Shown here piece after piece: positions 29,755 to 40,616 of a stretch of 64,000 nucleotides of DNA. How positions within the stretch are numbered: the first letter of the stretch is position 1; each line of letters opens with the position of its first letter. Under the pieces are notes generated by a model that saw nothing but the letters and a program-made list of their open reading frames with translations, did not search any database and was not told where the DNA came from. The DNA is from an uncultured Pseudomonadales bacterium (lineage in GTDB: Bacteria; Patescibacteriota; Microgenomatia; UBA1400; PJMF01), in NCBI GenBank assembly GCA_964457085.1, contig CAYWDM010000001.1, positions 111,690 to 175,689 on the forward strand, written 5' to 3'. The position numbers were made by a program, and so were the translations under genes.

Positions 29755-30923
29755 AGCTGCGTATATTCTCGCACAGTACGGGTGTGTCTATCTCCAGATG
29801 TGTGACTAATTTGCAATAAAACTCCAATGATAAAAAATAGCATTAATAACGATGAGCCTCCATACGAGAAAAAGGGTAGAGGGATGCCAGTGAGCGGCAC
29901 CAGGGCAACAACAGCAGCTAAATTAAGTACTATTTGGCCACTAATCCACAGCATGATGCCATAACCCACCAATCTCTCAAATGAATTTGGCTTGGTCATG
30001 CCAGTCAACAAATACAGCAAATAAATAAAATAGCCAAAAAGACTAATTAAAAAAACAGAACCTACAAACCCTACCTCCTCTGCAACCACTGCAAAAATCG
30101 AGTCACTGCTTGCCTCAGGAATATATAAATATTTCTGATGCGAGTTGCCGATACCCTTTCCCATCATGCCTCCGCTACCAAGTGCAATCGTAACTTGTCT
30201 CACATGAAAGCCTGCACCATAAGGATCTTTCTCTGGATTCAAATAGGTAGTGAGCCGCTGTAAACGATATGGAGAAATAATAATCGCGATAATCATCAAT
30301 AAAATCCCTAATCCAAAAAATGGTAGTAGTTTACGAATGCTACCGTACGCCAAAAAATACATTCCAAATGAAATCCACAATACTACCAACAGCGAACCCA
30401 AATCTGGCTGCAAGATAATTAGTAAGGCTGGCAAACCCACAAATATCAAAAAAGCACCCAGTCGTTGATGCTTTATCATCCACGAGGCAAAAAAAATAAT
30501 CACTGCAAACTTATAAAACTCAGCTGGCTGGAATAATGTAAATCCCAAATTTATCCAACGGTGTGCACCGTTCAGCTGTACACCAATTCCAGGCAAAAAA
30601 ACAGCAATTAAAAACAAAAAACCGATTCCATACCATAAAACTGCCGTTTTTCGCCAAAACTCTGTTGGCAAAAATCTACCAATAAGTAATGTCACCATAC
30701 CGAGCAGCATCCATAATGATTGCTGGCGTAAAAAGTGATATTGGTTGCCAACCATAGCAAAACTCTCAGCAGTGGAAGACTCAAAGACAAAAAATAAGCC
30801 AATGACACATAAGATTGCCATTACCGCCAAGGTTTTAATTCCCAAACTGGAAAGTTCCAACGCACTCCAAAAACGTTGTCTCAAACTAGCTGATTGCGTG
30901 CGTCGCCCCACTTGTATCATCAC
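29751..30923 (-). CDS. ftsW: FtsW (SEDS family)
   Basis: Polytopic; FAVVAEEVGFVGSVFLI SEDS motif. Adjacent to murG and mraY. Confidence 0.85.
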   Translation of the reverse strand: MMIQVGRRTQSASLRQRFWSALELSSLGIKTLAVMAILCVIGLFFVFESSTAESFAMVGNQYHFLRQQSLWMLLGMVTLLIGRFLPTEFWRKTAVLWYGIGFLFLIAVFLPGIGVQLNGAHRWINLGFTLFQPAEFYKFAVIIFFASWMIKHQRLGAFLIFVGLPALLIILQPDLGSLLVVLWISFGMYFLAYGSIRKLLPFFGLGILLMIIAIIISPYRLQRLTTYLNPEKDPYGAGFHVRQVTIALGSGGMMGKGIGNSHQKYLYIPEASSDSIFAVVAEEVGFVGSVFLISLFGYFIYLLYLLTGMTKPNSFERLVGYGIMLWISGQIVLNLAAVVALVPLTGIPLPFFSYGGSSLLMLFFIIGVLLQISHTSGDRHTRTVREYTQL

Positions 30924-30975
30924 CTACATTCTGTGCAGTTTTATCTTGAAAAATCAACTCCAAACTCACTAGGAA

Positions 30976-32019
30976 TTAAATAACAGCCAGCCAAACACCA
31001 AACAAGGTCAACATAATCTGCATCAGCCAAACTCGTTGGACAATTTTTGGCTCTTCCCATCCAGCTTGTTGTAACGTCAGATGAAAAGGTGCTGCAGGCA
31101 TCAATTTGCGTTTCAAAAATCTCTTACTAAGCAGCTGTGCAAATGAAGTACTAATCTCAAAAACAAAAATAAAACCGATCACCACTAAAGCGATCACTTT
31201 TCCCAACAGTAGTCCGACCACTGCCAACGTAGCACCAAATGCCATCGCCCCAACATCACCCATAAAAATTCTGGCAGGAAAAACGTTGAAGTATAAAAAT
31301 GACACCAACGAGCCAATCCACAAAACCAAAAATAACGAGAGGGGAATATCAAGAATTGCCGCAGACAAAAACCACAAGCCAAACAATGAAATCATCAGAG
31401 TGCCTGAAGCCAAGCCATCAAGTCCATCGGTAATATTCACCGCATTGGCAAAGGCCACAATCACAAAAATCGCGAAAGGAATAAAAAACATACCCAACTG
31501 AAAGGTACCAATAAAAGGGATATGAATGAATGAAATTCCCAAACTAAAGTACAACAAACTGGAAATAATAGTCGCTAACACTAGTTGTAAAAATAATTTG
31601 TGATGCATTCGCAAACCAAAGAACTGTTCTTTATCAAACCCGAAAAACTTTTTGATGTCATCGTACAAACCAAGAATACCAAATGATAAAAAGGTAAAAA
31701 ACAAAATATTAACCTCTGATTGGTAGTTGGTATAGACACTAGTCACCTTAATCCCAAACCAGCTTAGTAGGGGCAATAACAAAGCAAACAAGAAACACAC
31801 TACTAAAATCACTAACAAACCACCACCAACAGGGACTCCCGCTTTTACTCCGTGAAATTTATCAAAAATTGGGGTGGTCTTACCAAATGCATCTTTGGTA
31901 ACTTGATTTGCACGCTGAAATTTTAGTGCATACAGCAAGTTAATAAAGGGCACAATTACGATACTGGTGACTAAGAATGAGAAAATTAAAAAGCCTAATG
32001 ATAATGCTAATGAACTCAT
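30976..32019 (-). CDS. mraY: Phospho-N-acetylmuramoyl-pentapeptide transferase MraY
   Basis: NAVNITDGLDGLASG motif. Confidence 0.9.
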   Translation of the reverse strand: MSSLALSLGFLIFSFLVTSIVIVPFINLLYALKFQRANQVTKDAFGKTTPIFDKFHGVKAGVPVGGGLLVILVVCFLFALLLPLLSWFGIKVTSVYTNYQSEVNILFFTFLSFGILGLYDDIKKFFGFDKEQFFGLRMHHKLFLQLVLATIISSLLYFSLGISFIHIPFIGTFQLGMFFIPFAIFVIVAFANAVNITDGLDGLASGTLMISLFGLWFLSAAILDIPLSLFLVLWIGSLVSFLYFNVFPARIFMGDVGAMAFGATLAVVGLLLGKVIALVVIGFIFVFEISTSFAQLLSKRFLKRKLMPAAPFHLTLQQAGWEEPKIVQRVWLMQIMLTLFGVWLAVI

Positions 32020-32024
32020 ATAAA

Positions 32025-33380
32025 TTAACTTCTCGTTATTTTAGCTCCCAGTAATCGAAGTTTTTCTTCGATTCGCTGATAGCCTCGTTCCACTTGTTCG
32101 ATGTTGTGCAAAATGGTGGTGCCACTGCCACTGATCGCAGCTAACATTGTAGTCGCTCCAGCACGAAGATCATGTACAGTAAATTCGCCACCGGTGAAAT
32201 TGGTTGGGCCATAAATTCGAATCGCATGGATATCAGCCTCAGTGCCATCTTTCCACTCAAAATTGTATACATCTTCTGGGTGCTTTACCTCAGGATTAAA
32301 ATATTCAATTTTTGCTCCCATTTGTTTTAATGTCTCCACATATTGGAACCTGTTTTGCATTACCGTCTCGTGTATCACAGAAGCGCCCGTTGCATGACAA
32401 ACTAATGTTGCCCACAGTGGCTGCCAATCAGTCATAAATCCAGGGTGGATTTCAGTTTCAATATCGGTGGCACGAAGTGGTTGTTTGTAAAAAAAGCGAA
32501 TTCCATAATTACCGATTTCATATCCGCCACCAATCTCATCCAGTTTGTTTAAAAAGGCAATTAAGTCCTCACGATTAGCATTTTCGACCACGATATCGCC
32601 CTTAGATGCAATAGCGGCACAAGCGTATGAAACGGCCTCATTTCGATCTGGCATAATCCGATGAATACATCCACCAAGACTTGCCACACCCTCAATTTCA
32701 ATAACTCGAAAAGCTCTACGTCGAATCTTGGCACCCATTCCAATCAAGAAACGAATTAAATCATCAATTTCTGGCTCTAAAGCAGCGTTCTCCAAGACAG
32801 TCGTACCTTTTGCCAACACCGCTGCCATCAGTAAAGTCTCGGTGCCGGTATGTGTATTCTTGTTAAATTTATAGGTTGTTCCGACTAGACCATTAGTTTT
32901 TGCTCGAAGCATGCCATTTTCTTGCACTAGCTCCACACCCATGGCTCGCAAGCCATCCATGTGTCGCTCAAGTGGTCTCTTACCGATCTTGTCACCACCA
33001 GGTAAAGGCACTTCAGCTTGACCAAATCGTGCCAACAGTGGACCAAGGAAAAGTGTCGAAGCACGTGATGCTTCACCATGATTTGAATCGATACGAAATG
33101 ACGATAATAACTCAGGCTTTATAAACAATGTCTGCTCACCAGCATCTTGGACTTCTGCTCCGAGTTGGCCAATGATTTTTTTAACCAAATCGACATCTGA
33201 AATCGCAGGCAAATTGAGCAGTCGTGATTCCTGTCGACTGAGTAGTGCAGCAATCATCAACTTATAAGAAGCATTTTTTGCACCACCCACACGCACGCAA
33301 CCTCGAAGTGGTGTCCCACCTTCAATAGTAAAAGTACCGCCGGTAACTACTTGATTGGTCATAGCGAAATCATACCGCAC
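32025..33380 (-). CDS. murA: UDP-N-acetylglucosamine 1-carboxyvinyltransferase MurA
   Basis: FTIEGGTPLRGCVRVGGAKNASYKLMIAALL, the EPT-family N-terminus. Confidence 0.9.
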   Translation of the reverse strand: MRYDFAMTNQVVTGGTFTIEGGTPLRGCVRVGGAKNASYKLMIAALLSRQESRLLNLPAISDVDLVKKIIGQLGAEVQDAGEQTLFIKPELLSSFRIDSNHGEASRASTLFLGPLLARFGQAEVPLPGGDKIGKRPLERHMDGLRAMGVELVQENGMLRAKTNGLVGTTYKFNKNTHTGTETLLMAAVLAKGTTVLENAALEPEIDDLIRFLIGMGAKIRRRAFRVIEIEGVASLGGCIHRIMPDRNEAVSYACAAIASKGDIVVENANREDLIAFLNKLDEIGGGYEIGNYGIRFFYKQPLRATDIETEIHPGFMTDWQPLWATLVCHATGASVIHETVMQNRFQYVETLKQMGAKIEYFNPEVKHPEDVYNFEWKDGTEADIHAIRIYGPTNFTGGEFTVHDLRAGATTMLAAISGSGTTILHNIEQVERGYQRIEEKLRLLGAKITRS

Positions 33381-34403
33381 TTACGAAATAAAAAACACTT
33401 CCTCGTGCAACTCAACTGCAAAAAGTGTCTGTACCTTTTCTTTGATCAAGTTAATTAATTGTAATAATTCTTTAGCAGTACCACCACCGTGATTCACAAT
33501 AAATGCTGCGTGCTTATCGCTCACTTCAAGAGCTCCTACTCGAGTATTTTTTAGCCCTGCTTGGTCAATTAAAAAACCACCAGGGACATAACTTTTATCA
33601 GCAAATTGAGGAAAACGCTGTTTCAGTGCATCGGAATTTGGTACATTTTGGAAAATACACCCAGAACTTGGCATTCCCAGTGGTTGCGTTTCAGCTCGGT
33701 ACTTAATTGCACGAGTAATTAATTCTTTTGAAGTAGCAGGGTTCCCAGATTTTAATCGAAACTCAACAGCCACAATGATTTCTTTCGTTGATTGAAACCT
33801 TGAATGATCATATCCAAAATCACATTCTTCTAATGACAACCATTTTAAATTACTTTCAAGATCAATAACTTGAACTCGTTCAATATGTGCACTAATTAAA
33901 TCTGATAAATAATGAGCATTGTTAAACACTGCTCCGCCCAACATTCCTGGAACACCTAGGAAAAATTCAAGTCCGGTCAGCCCCTGATCTACAGTCTTTG
34001 CAACTAATGTTGCCATTTTAATGCCTGCACCCACGGTTACTAGAGTACCCAACTCATTTTGTTCACCCAGCATAAACTCGTTATTGGTAAGTCTAATCAA
34101 GACACCAGCTACTCCAGCATCTGCGACTACCACGTTACTCATACCACCAATGACTCGGCTTGGAATACCCTGTTGTCGGCAAAATTGGTTGACTTTTTGC
34201 AGCACGTCTAAATCTGCAACCTCCAAGTACAGCTCTGCAGCTCCACCTAGTTTAAAATACGCTATTGGTGACAGTGCAAAATCAAGCTTCCAATCAAGTG
34301 TTGGAAAAGCGGCTACTAGCTGCTGTTGAGTTACTGTCATACTCTTATTGTACTGTATGAGTGAAATAAACACTGATTTGAATGGTATTTTGTTGCTCGA
34401 CAA
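33381..34403 (-). CDS. murB: UDP-N-acetylenolpyruvoylglucosamine reductase MurB
   Basis: FAD-binding FKLGGAAELYLEV and PGMLGGAVFNNAHY motifs. The true start is probably the internal ATG (MTVTQQQ) ~21 codons downstream of the track start; that start would leave it clear of truB instead of overlapping it. Confidence 0.85.
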   Translation of the reverse strand: MSSNKIPFKSVFISLIQYNKSMTVTQQQLVAAFPTLDWKLDFALSPIAYFKLGGAAELYLEVADLDVLQKVNQFCRQQGIPSRVIGGMSNVVVADAGVAGVLIRLTNNEFMLGEQNELGTLVTVGAGIKMATLVAKTVDQGLTGLEFFLGVPGMLGGAVFNNAHYLSDLISAHIERVQVIDLESNLKWLSLEECDFGYDHSRFQSTKEIIVAVEFRLKSGNPATSKELITRAIKYRAETQPLGMPSSGCIFQNVPNSDALKQRFPQFADKSYVPGGFLIDQAGLKNTRVGALEVSDKHAAFIVNHGGGTAKELLQLINLIKEKVQTLFAVELHEEVFFIS

Positions 34404-35112
34404 ACCAATCGGTTATTCGAGTCACAATGTAGTAAACACAGTTCGGAAGGAAACTGGTGTAAAGCGAGTGGGGCATACTGGTACTCTCGACCCATTCGCT
34501 ACCGGGTTGCTCATTATCTTAGTCGGTAAAAAGTTCACCAAACTTCAAGATTTATTTCTCAAACAAGATAAACACTATCTCTGTGAATTTGAATTGGGTT
34601 ATGAGACCACGACTCTCGACAAAACTGGCGAACTCACACTCCAAACTCCACAAGACCAGATCATAACAATTACTCAGAAACAAGTTCAAACTGTAATGAA
34701 ACAGTTTATCGGGCCACAATTACAACAAGCCCCCGCATTTGCAGCAATCAAAGTTGCTGGAGAAAAACTCTATAGTCATGCTCTCAAATTGCTACACAAT
34801 CCGGATCACGCTGATTTTGAAGCCTGGCAGTCCCAACTTCCAAAACGTCAAATCGAGATTTTTGAGATCGTTTTAACGCAGTTCCACGCTGCCTGTAGTA
34901 CTAAATCTGCATGCTGCACCATCTCAGTTCACTGCAGTAGTGGCACTTACATTCGCTCACTGATTCGAGATATTGGCAAAGCACTCAACACCTATGCCAC
35001 TGCAATTTCACTCAAACGTACCCAGATAGGCACCATCAGGCTTTCTGACGCACAACAAGTCGACCAACCAGAATCTTGGGTTTGGCATCAAAAAACTGAA
35101 CTTCTCAACTAA
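34348..35112 (+). CDS. truB: tRNA pseudouridine-55 synthase TruB
   Basis: GHTGTLDPFATGLLIILVGKKFTKL catalytic Asp motif. The start may be the ATG 3 codons in (MSEINT). Confidence 0.85.
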   Translation: MYCMSEINTDLNGILLLDKPIGYSSHNVVNTVRKETGVKRVGHTGTLDPFATGLLIILVGKKFTKLQDLFLKQDKHYLCEFELGYETTTLDKTGELTLQTPQDQIITITQKQVQTVMKQFIGPQLQQAPAFAAIKVAGEKLYSHALKLLHNPDHADFEAWQSQLPKRQIEIFEIVLTQFHAACSTKSACCTISVHCSSGTYIRSLIRDIGKALNTYATAISLKRTQIGTIRLSDAQQVDQPESWVWHQKTELLN

Positions 35113-35115
35113 AAA

Positions 35116-35742
35116 TCAATACTTCGGCGGAATGATCTGCCCCATGGCAGTAAATGGAAAATAGCGGAAAAATGCTCTGCCAACAATTCCTGATTTTTTA
35201 ACTGGTCCCCAGGTTCGAGAATCGGCTGAATAAGGTCGGTTGTCACCACACACAAAATACTCATCTGGTCCAACCGTTATTGGGCCATTCGACGTGTATT
35301 TTCCTGGCATGATCGGAAAATCTTCAGGAATATATGGTTCAGATACCGGCACACCATCCACAACTATCTGACCATCCTTCACTTCAACTGTTTCACCTGG
35401 CAGTGCAAGAACGCGTTTAATAAAATCACAACCAGTACCCTTAGGACAATTCGCTGCCTCAGGTGCATGAATCACCACCACTTCACCCCGTTCAGGATTT
35501 CTCATTCGGTAGGTAACTTTATCGGTTAAAACGTACTCACCACTCTGGAAATTTGGCACCATTGACTGACCGTTCACTTGATGCGGTTGCATAAAAAAAA
35601 GATATACCACCAAAAAAATCGAGAGAGCGATAACTAATGTCTCGATCATGTCTAAGAAAAAAGCACCTAATTTTGAAAATATCATAGTCAGAAGACCCAT
35701 ACATTTTGGGTCTGTGCTCATACTACCTATGTTAAACAACAC
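35116..35742 (-). CDS. lepB: Signal peptidase I (S26 family)
   Basis: Ser/Lys catalytic boxes (SMVPNF..., RVLALPGETVEV, YFVCGDNRPYSADSR). Confidence 0.85.
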   Translation of the reverse strand: MLFNIGSMSTDPKCMGLLTMIFSKLGAFFLDMIETLVIALSIFLVVYLFFMQPHQVNGQSMVPNFQSGEYVLTDKVTYRMRNPERGEVVVIHAPEAANCPKGTGCDFIKRVLALPGETVEVKDGQIVVDGVPVSEPYIPEDFPIMPGKYTSNGPITVGPDEYFVCGDNRPYSADSRTWGPVKKSGIVGRAFFRYFPFTAMGQIIPPKY

Positions 35743-35848
35743 TCTGCAATAGGAAAAACAAAATTTGAATAGCTACTGCAGAAGAACCTGTTGCCTAAAT
35801 TATAACTTCCCCCACACAGTCATGATCTGACTCAGCTATAATAAATCT

Positions 35849-37096
35849 ATGGGTTATACCAAAAATGCTATCTCTGGGTTGAGTTGGCAAACTGTCCTCA
35901 AAATTGGCACTTCAGTACTGACTTTGGCGAAAATCTCAATACTTGCTCGTTTGCTGAGTCCCACTGATTTTGGTCTGTTTAGCTTGACAGCAGTGGCCCT
36001 GGGAATTACTGAAAGCCTGACGCAGACTGGCATAAATCTCACTATTATCCAAGCAAAACAATCTGTACGGTATTTTCTTGATACCGCTTGGGTTATTGCC
36101 ATAGCTAGAGGCTTTGCAATTGGGTTGATTATGGTCGCAGTAGGCTGGGGAATTAGCCAATGGTACAACGAGCCCGCATTATTTGCTCTAATTGCTGCTA
36201 CTGCTTTAGTCCCGATCATCAAAGGTTTTATCAATCCAGCAATAGTTTCGATGCACAAAGAAATGAAGTTTTTTCAAGATAGTGCCTATCGGTTTTCACT
36301 GTCACTAGTCGAGACTATCATCGCACTTGTTTGCGGTTTTGCACTTCATTCGGTCTGGGCTCTAGTGGTGGCACTCATTGGCACCGCTTTGTTTGAAGTT
36401 CTAATTTCATTTGTTTTTTTTGCCGATCGTCCAGTGTTCCATTACTATAAATCTCGAGCAGAAGTCATTATTAATAACGGAAAATGGCTCGGAATTGCAA
36501 CACTATTAAACTATTTAAATGAAAATGCTGACAACGTTGTGTTGGGGAAAATAGTGGGTACCCATAGTCTGGGACTCTATCAAAACAGTTATGCGCTAGC
36601 ACATAAAACTAACTACGAGATGGCAAAATCCATTCACCATGGTGTCATTCCGATTTTTTCTAAACTCAGCGACCAACCAGATAGATTAGTGGCTGCATTT
36701 AAAAAATCTCTCGCCTCCACGATTGTACTTTCGATACTAGGCAGTATCCCGCTCATATTCTTCCCTGATCTTGCAGTGCGAATTGTTTTGGGCTCAAAAT
36801 GGCTAGAGGCGGTACCATTACTCCCAATCCTAGCTGCAGCCGGAGCAGTGCAGAGCGTTAGCGTGGCCAGCTACACTTTATTTCTCGCCAAAAAACATTA
36901 CCATGTGCTCAACACACATCTTTGGATCACACTACTGACAATGGTAGGATTATTGCTTTGGCTAGCTCAAAAATATGGTGTGCAAGGTGCAGTTTGGGGA
37001 GTGTTACTCTCTAGAATTATATCTTTGCCAATCTTGGTGTATGGAGTCCGCTGGAGTCTAATGCACCCCACTAACTCGATTCATGAAAATAAGTGA
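35849..37096 (+). CDS. Polysaccharide flippase (Wzx/MOP superfamily)
   Basis: 12-14 TM helices. N-terminal QTVLKIGTSVLTLAKISILARLLSPTDFGLF is typical of the Wzx/RfbX family. Confidence 0.7.
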   Translation: MGYTKNAISGLSWQTVLKIGTSVLTLAKISILARLLSPTDFGLFSLTAVALGITESLTQTGINLTIIQAKQSVRYFLDTAWVIAIARGFAIGLIMVAVGWGISQWYNEPALFALIAATALVPIIKGFINPAIVSMHKEMKFFQDSAYRFSLSLVETIIALVCGFALHSVWALVVALIGTALFEVLISFVFFADRPVFHYYKSRAEVIINNGKWLGIATLLNYLNENADNVVLGKIVGTHSLGLYQNSYALAHKTNYEMAKSIHHGVIPIFSKLSDQPDRLVAAFKKSLASTIVLSILGSIPLIFFPDLAVRIVLGSKWLEAVPLLPILAAAGAVQSVSVASYTLFLAKKHYHVLNTHLWITLLTMVGLLLWLAQKYGVQGAVWGVLLSRIISLPILVYGVRWSLMHPTNSIHENK

Positions 37097-38621
37097 AATG
37101 AAAAAAACTAGTCCAAGTCATAAAAAAAAGAGTGCTTTACTCGCGACTGTTACCAGTTTTCTCAAAACACATTGGCTTGCCATTATTCTGGTCGCAATTG
37201 GCACTTGGCTCAGAATCGTCGATTTGCCAAACAACGCTATTGTTTTTCCTGACGCAGGCAGAGACTTACTTGAGGCAGTGACTGCAATCAAAAACCACGA
37301 GTTTCCATTGTTAGGTATTCCTTCAAGTATCCCTCGTTTTAAACAAGGACCTCTTTCAATCTGGCTTAATATGTCTATTTACTCCGCCGTAGGCTACAAA
37401 ATGGAAACATATAGTCTTGTGTATGCTTTTATTGGCATCCTGGCGATAATCGGCATTTACGAAACTTGTATTGTATTTTTTAATCAACGAGTGGGTTTGA
37501 TTGCCCTAGCCTTACTCAGCTTTTCACCACTAGCCATTGCCCATAGTCGCATGGCTTATCACACCACACCGATCCCAATTTTCACGATTTTTTATTGGTG
37601 GGGTTTACAGGCACTACTTCAAAATAAAAAACACGGGGTTTTCTGGGCAGTACTTACTGGTTGGCTGTTGTTTCAATTTGAACTGAGCCTGTTTCCAGTG
37701 TTACTAGCCATTCCCATAGTTTTATATCTCAAGAAAACTACATTCTTAAAATGCTGGAAAGATTGTCTGTTCGGGACTCTACTTGGATTGCTACCACAAA
37801 TCATTTTTGATCTCACACATAAGTTTGCACAGCTGGGTGGATTTGCAGTTTGGATGGGTTATCGAATTATCAGTCTCATTCTCCCTGGACAACATACTAT
37901 TAGTAGTCACAAGCTCTCACAATTTTGGACCAGTGTCAGCACCTATATACCTAGAATCTGGGGAGTCGATGTGAACTGGGTAAACGTTTTGCTCTTGTTG
38001 TTGTTTGTGCTTGGATTCATTCAAGTTTACAGAATTTGGAAACAAACTAAAAACCAATCATTTGGACTGTTGTTGTTACTATTTTTTTTAATCACTCTTG
38101 GCTATTTTGTCCACGGTTCGCCATCAGAAGCATACTATCCGATTTACCTAATTTTGCTGCCACTAATCACTGCAGCTGGTTTGGAATCACTAGGCAAAAA
38201 ACAATTTTTAGTCAGTCTCTGCGTTGTTTTAATTGTTGGAACTGCAAATTACCAAACGGTTATTCGACACTCGTTTTTTGTCAGCAATACACAGGAAATG
38301 AGCTACGGTCCGAGCAACTCTGAATTACAACAAATTGCCAGTGTACTACAAGCAGCCAATCGTCCCAAAATCACCATCGGTCTTGGTGGTGGAACAACTC
38401 AGTTTCCAAGTAGTTTTGATAATATCAAATGGGCAGCTGCTCAAAACCATCAAAAACAACCAAAGATGGAGCTCATGCTTGAGCCAACTACACCAGAAAT
38501 AGCCGAAGTACTCTATTTACCAAATAAATTAGTACAGTCTTCAGCTCAAAAAAACTCCAGACAAATCAAGTTTGCGAGTCAAACACTGCTGTGGCAAAAA
38601 ACACCTAATGCCAGAAACTAA
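37083..38621 (+). CDS. GT-C fold membrane glycosyltransferase (ArnT/PMT-like, GT39/GT83)
   Basis: Polytopic, with a DxD/DE-like motif in the first extracytoplasmic loop (FPDAGRDLLE); 512 aa. Confidence 0.5.
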   Translation: MKISEMKKTSPSHKKKSALLATVTSFLKTHWLAIILVAIGTWLRIVDLPNNAIVFPDAGRDLLEAVTAIKNHEFPLLGIPSSIPRFKQGPLSIWLNMSIYSAVGYKMETYSLVYAFIGILAIIGIYETCIVFFNQRVGLIALALLSFSPLAIAHSRMAYHTTPIPIFTIFYWWGLQALLQNKKHGVFWAVLTGWLLFQFELSLFPVLLAIPIVLYLKKTTFLKCWKDCLFGTLLGLLPQIIFDLTHKFAQLGGFAVWMGYRIISLILPGQHTISSHKLSQFWTSVSTYIPRIWGVDVNWVNVLLLLLFVLGFIQVYRIWKQTKNQSFGLLLLLFFLITLGYFVHGSPSEAYYPIYLILLPLITAAGLESLGKKQFLVSLCVVLIVGTANYQTVIRHSFFVSNTQEMSYGPSNSELQQIASVLQAANRPKITIGLGGGTTQFPSSFDNIKWAAAQNHQKQPKMELMLEPTTPEIAEVLYLPNKLVQSSAQKNSRQIKFASQTLLWQKTPNARN

Positions 38622-39357
38622 CTCAAAACTTGCAGTCAGCGTTCTAATCCTAGCTCCCAGCATATCCACACAATCGATATTGTCTAAGAACCAGTTACAG
38701 CGTGCAAGAGATTCAGCATCATTTGCAGATGAAGTAATCATTGTTGAACATACAGAACCGATTACTGACTTTGCCAAAGCACGCAATAATGCTATGGATC
38801 ACGCAAAGTACGACTGGGTTTTCTTTTTAGACAGCGATGAGTGGTTTGCAGTTGGTGCTGACGATGCAATTGCAGAATTACTTTCAGACAAACATATTGC
38901 TGGATTATGCATCCGCCGAATTGACGTCTTTCACAACAAGATACTTAAATATGGTGAAACTGGTCAGCATTTTTTACTACGATTCATGAGAAAAGACAAA
39001 AGCTGTTTTGTTAGGCCAGTACATGAGTTCGCACAAGTTATGGGCTGCGTGAAAAACAATAATTTAACCATCTGGCATGAGGGACATCACGATATCAATG
39101 ACTTCATCAAGAGCATAGCTCGCTACAGTAATTTGGAAGCCGAGTGGCAAATAGAGTCTGACCCAAAGATTTCAAGAGTAAAAGTGATACTACAAATGGT
39201 AACTTATCCAGTTGGTAAGTTCTTGTTAAATTATATTTGGAAGGGTGGCATTTTTGATGGTTGGCACGGTTTGGTCTATGCAGTGGTGATGAGTTTGCAT
39301 TCGTTATTTGTTCGTATTTTTTTGCTGGAAAAAATCAATCAGAATTCAAATAAATAA
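38608..39357 (+). CDS. GT2-family glycosyltransferase (WaaE/KdtX-like)
   Basis: VSVLILA...FLDSDEWF DXD region, and a C-terminal GWHGLVYAV segment typical of the WaaE-like subgroup. The ATG at 38608 is preferred over the track start. Confidence 0.55.
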   Translation: MPETNSKLAVSVLILAPSISTQSILSKNQLQRARDSASFADEVIIVEHTEPITDFAKARNNAMDHAKYDWVFFLDSDEWFAVGADDAIAELLSDKHIAGLCIRRIDVFHNKILKYGETGQHFLLRFMRKDKSCFVRPVHEFAQVMGCVKNNNLTIWHEGHHDINDFIKSIARYSNLEAEWQIESDPKISRVKVILQMVTYPVGKFLLNYIWKGGIFDGWHGLVYAVVMSLHSLFVRIFLLEKINQNSNK

Positions 39358-39374
39358 ATGAATAAATATTAATA

Positions 39375-40616
39375 ATGCTAAAAAAGATTGATTTATCATT
39401 TGTTTTGCTAGTATTTTTACTTTGTACAATATGCTTAGGTCAATTAACACGATTTAGTCTTTTTGGAATAACTCTTTACGCACAAGACATACTTCTAATC
39501 GTTGCATTTCTTAGCTCTGTAATCATAAATCCAGGTACATTTACTAACATATTGAAAAAAATCTGTCTATTTTGTGTCAGCAACAAACTGATTATGGCAA
39601 TGGGGCTTTGGATTTTGGTTGGATGGGGAATAGCGTTATCCAAATCGTCACTCTCATTGATGGCAGTTTTGACTACACTACGACTTGTTTTTTACAGTCT
39701 TTCCACGGCAACACTATTTTCTAATTTGTCAAAATCAAAGTTATGGGTCTCAACTGGTATATTTTTCACGAGTTTTCTGATGAGTATCTTAGGAATCTTT
39801 CAGTATCTACTACTGCCTGATGTGAGATTTTTGCAAATCTATGGTTTTGATGATCACTATTATCGACTGATTGGTCCACTGCTTGATCCAAACTTTGCAG
39901 GTTTGATAGTGATAATCGGCTGGCTATTTTGGCAAAAAATACAACCTAATATTCTTAATTGGCTAAAACAGCAAAAACTAAAATCGTTTGCTAGTACAAT
40001 GTTGTCCTTCTTGGTAGAAATCACTTTAGCAACTGCACTCGCAATGACCTTTTCAAGATCTAGCTGGCTGGCATTTATATTGGTCAGCATTTTTTTATTG
40101 ATTTCAAAAAAGTTAAATTGGAAACTGGTCACGAATTTCTTTCTTAAAACTGTCATCGTGTTTTGTATTGTCATCATCCTGCCCAAACCAACAGGAGAAG
40201 GTGTGGTGATTACTCGTACCAGCACCATTAAAGCTCGAGCAGAGCTAGGTCAGGAATTGGTCAAAGATTGGAAGCCAATCGAATGGATCTTTGGTAAAGG
40301 CTTATTCAATGTCAGACTGCAAAACTACTCCTCACAGTCCTTGGTGCCAAACACGGCTTGGCAACCAGATAATATTCTGCTGCAAATTATGGGATCGCTT
40401 GGGTTGATTGGAAGTCTGTTAGTGGCGTTGTTGGCTTATCAACGACGACGAGAATTGATGGAGCTGTCGATCACAACGCAAGCATTATTTGTGGCAATTT
40501 TTATCCATGCCCAGTTCAATAATAGTTTTTTTCAACCACAAATTTGGCTACTCTTTACACTTGGAATTTTAGCTGATCAAAAACCTCAGAATTTAAAAAC
40601 GAAATTGGACAATTAG
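39375..40616 (+). CDS. O-antigen ligase/polymerase-like membrane protein (Wzy_C family)
   Basis: ~10 TM helices with a large loop carrying MTFSRSSWLAFILVSIFLL, consistent with the O-antigen ligase domain. Confidence 0.5.
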   Translation: MLKKIDLSFVLLVFLLCTICLGQLTRFSLFGITLYAQDILLIVAFLSSVIINPGTFTNILKKICLFCVSNKLIMAMGLWILVGWGIALSKSSLSLMAVLTTLRLVFYSLSTATLFSNLSKSKLWVSTGIFFTSFLMSILGIFQYLLLPDVRFLQIYGFDDHYYRLIGPLLDPNFAGLIVIIGWLFWQKIQPNILNWLKQQKLKSFASTMLSFLVEITLATALAMTFSRSSWLAFILVSIFLLISKKLNWKLVTNFFLKTVIVFCIVIILPKPTGEGVVITRTSTIKARAELGQELVKDWKPIEWIFGKGLFNVRLQNYSSQSLVPNTAWQPDNILLQIMGSLGLIGSLLVALLAYQRRRELMELSITTQALFVAIFIHAQFNNSFFQPQIWLLFTLGILADQKPQNLKTKLDN

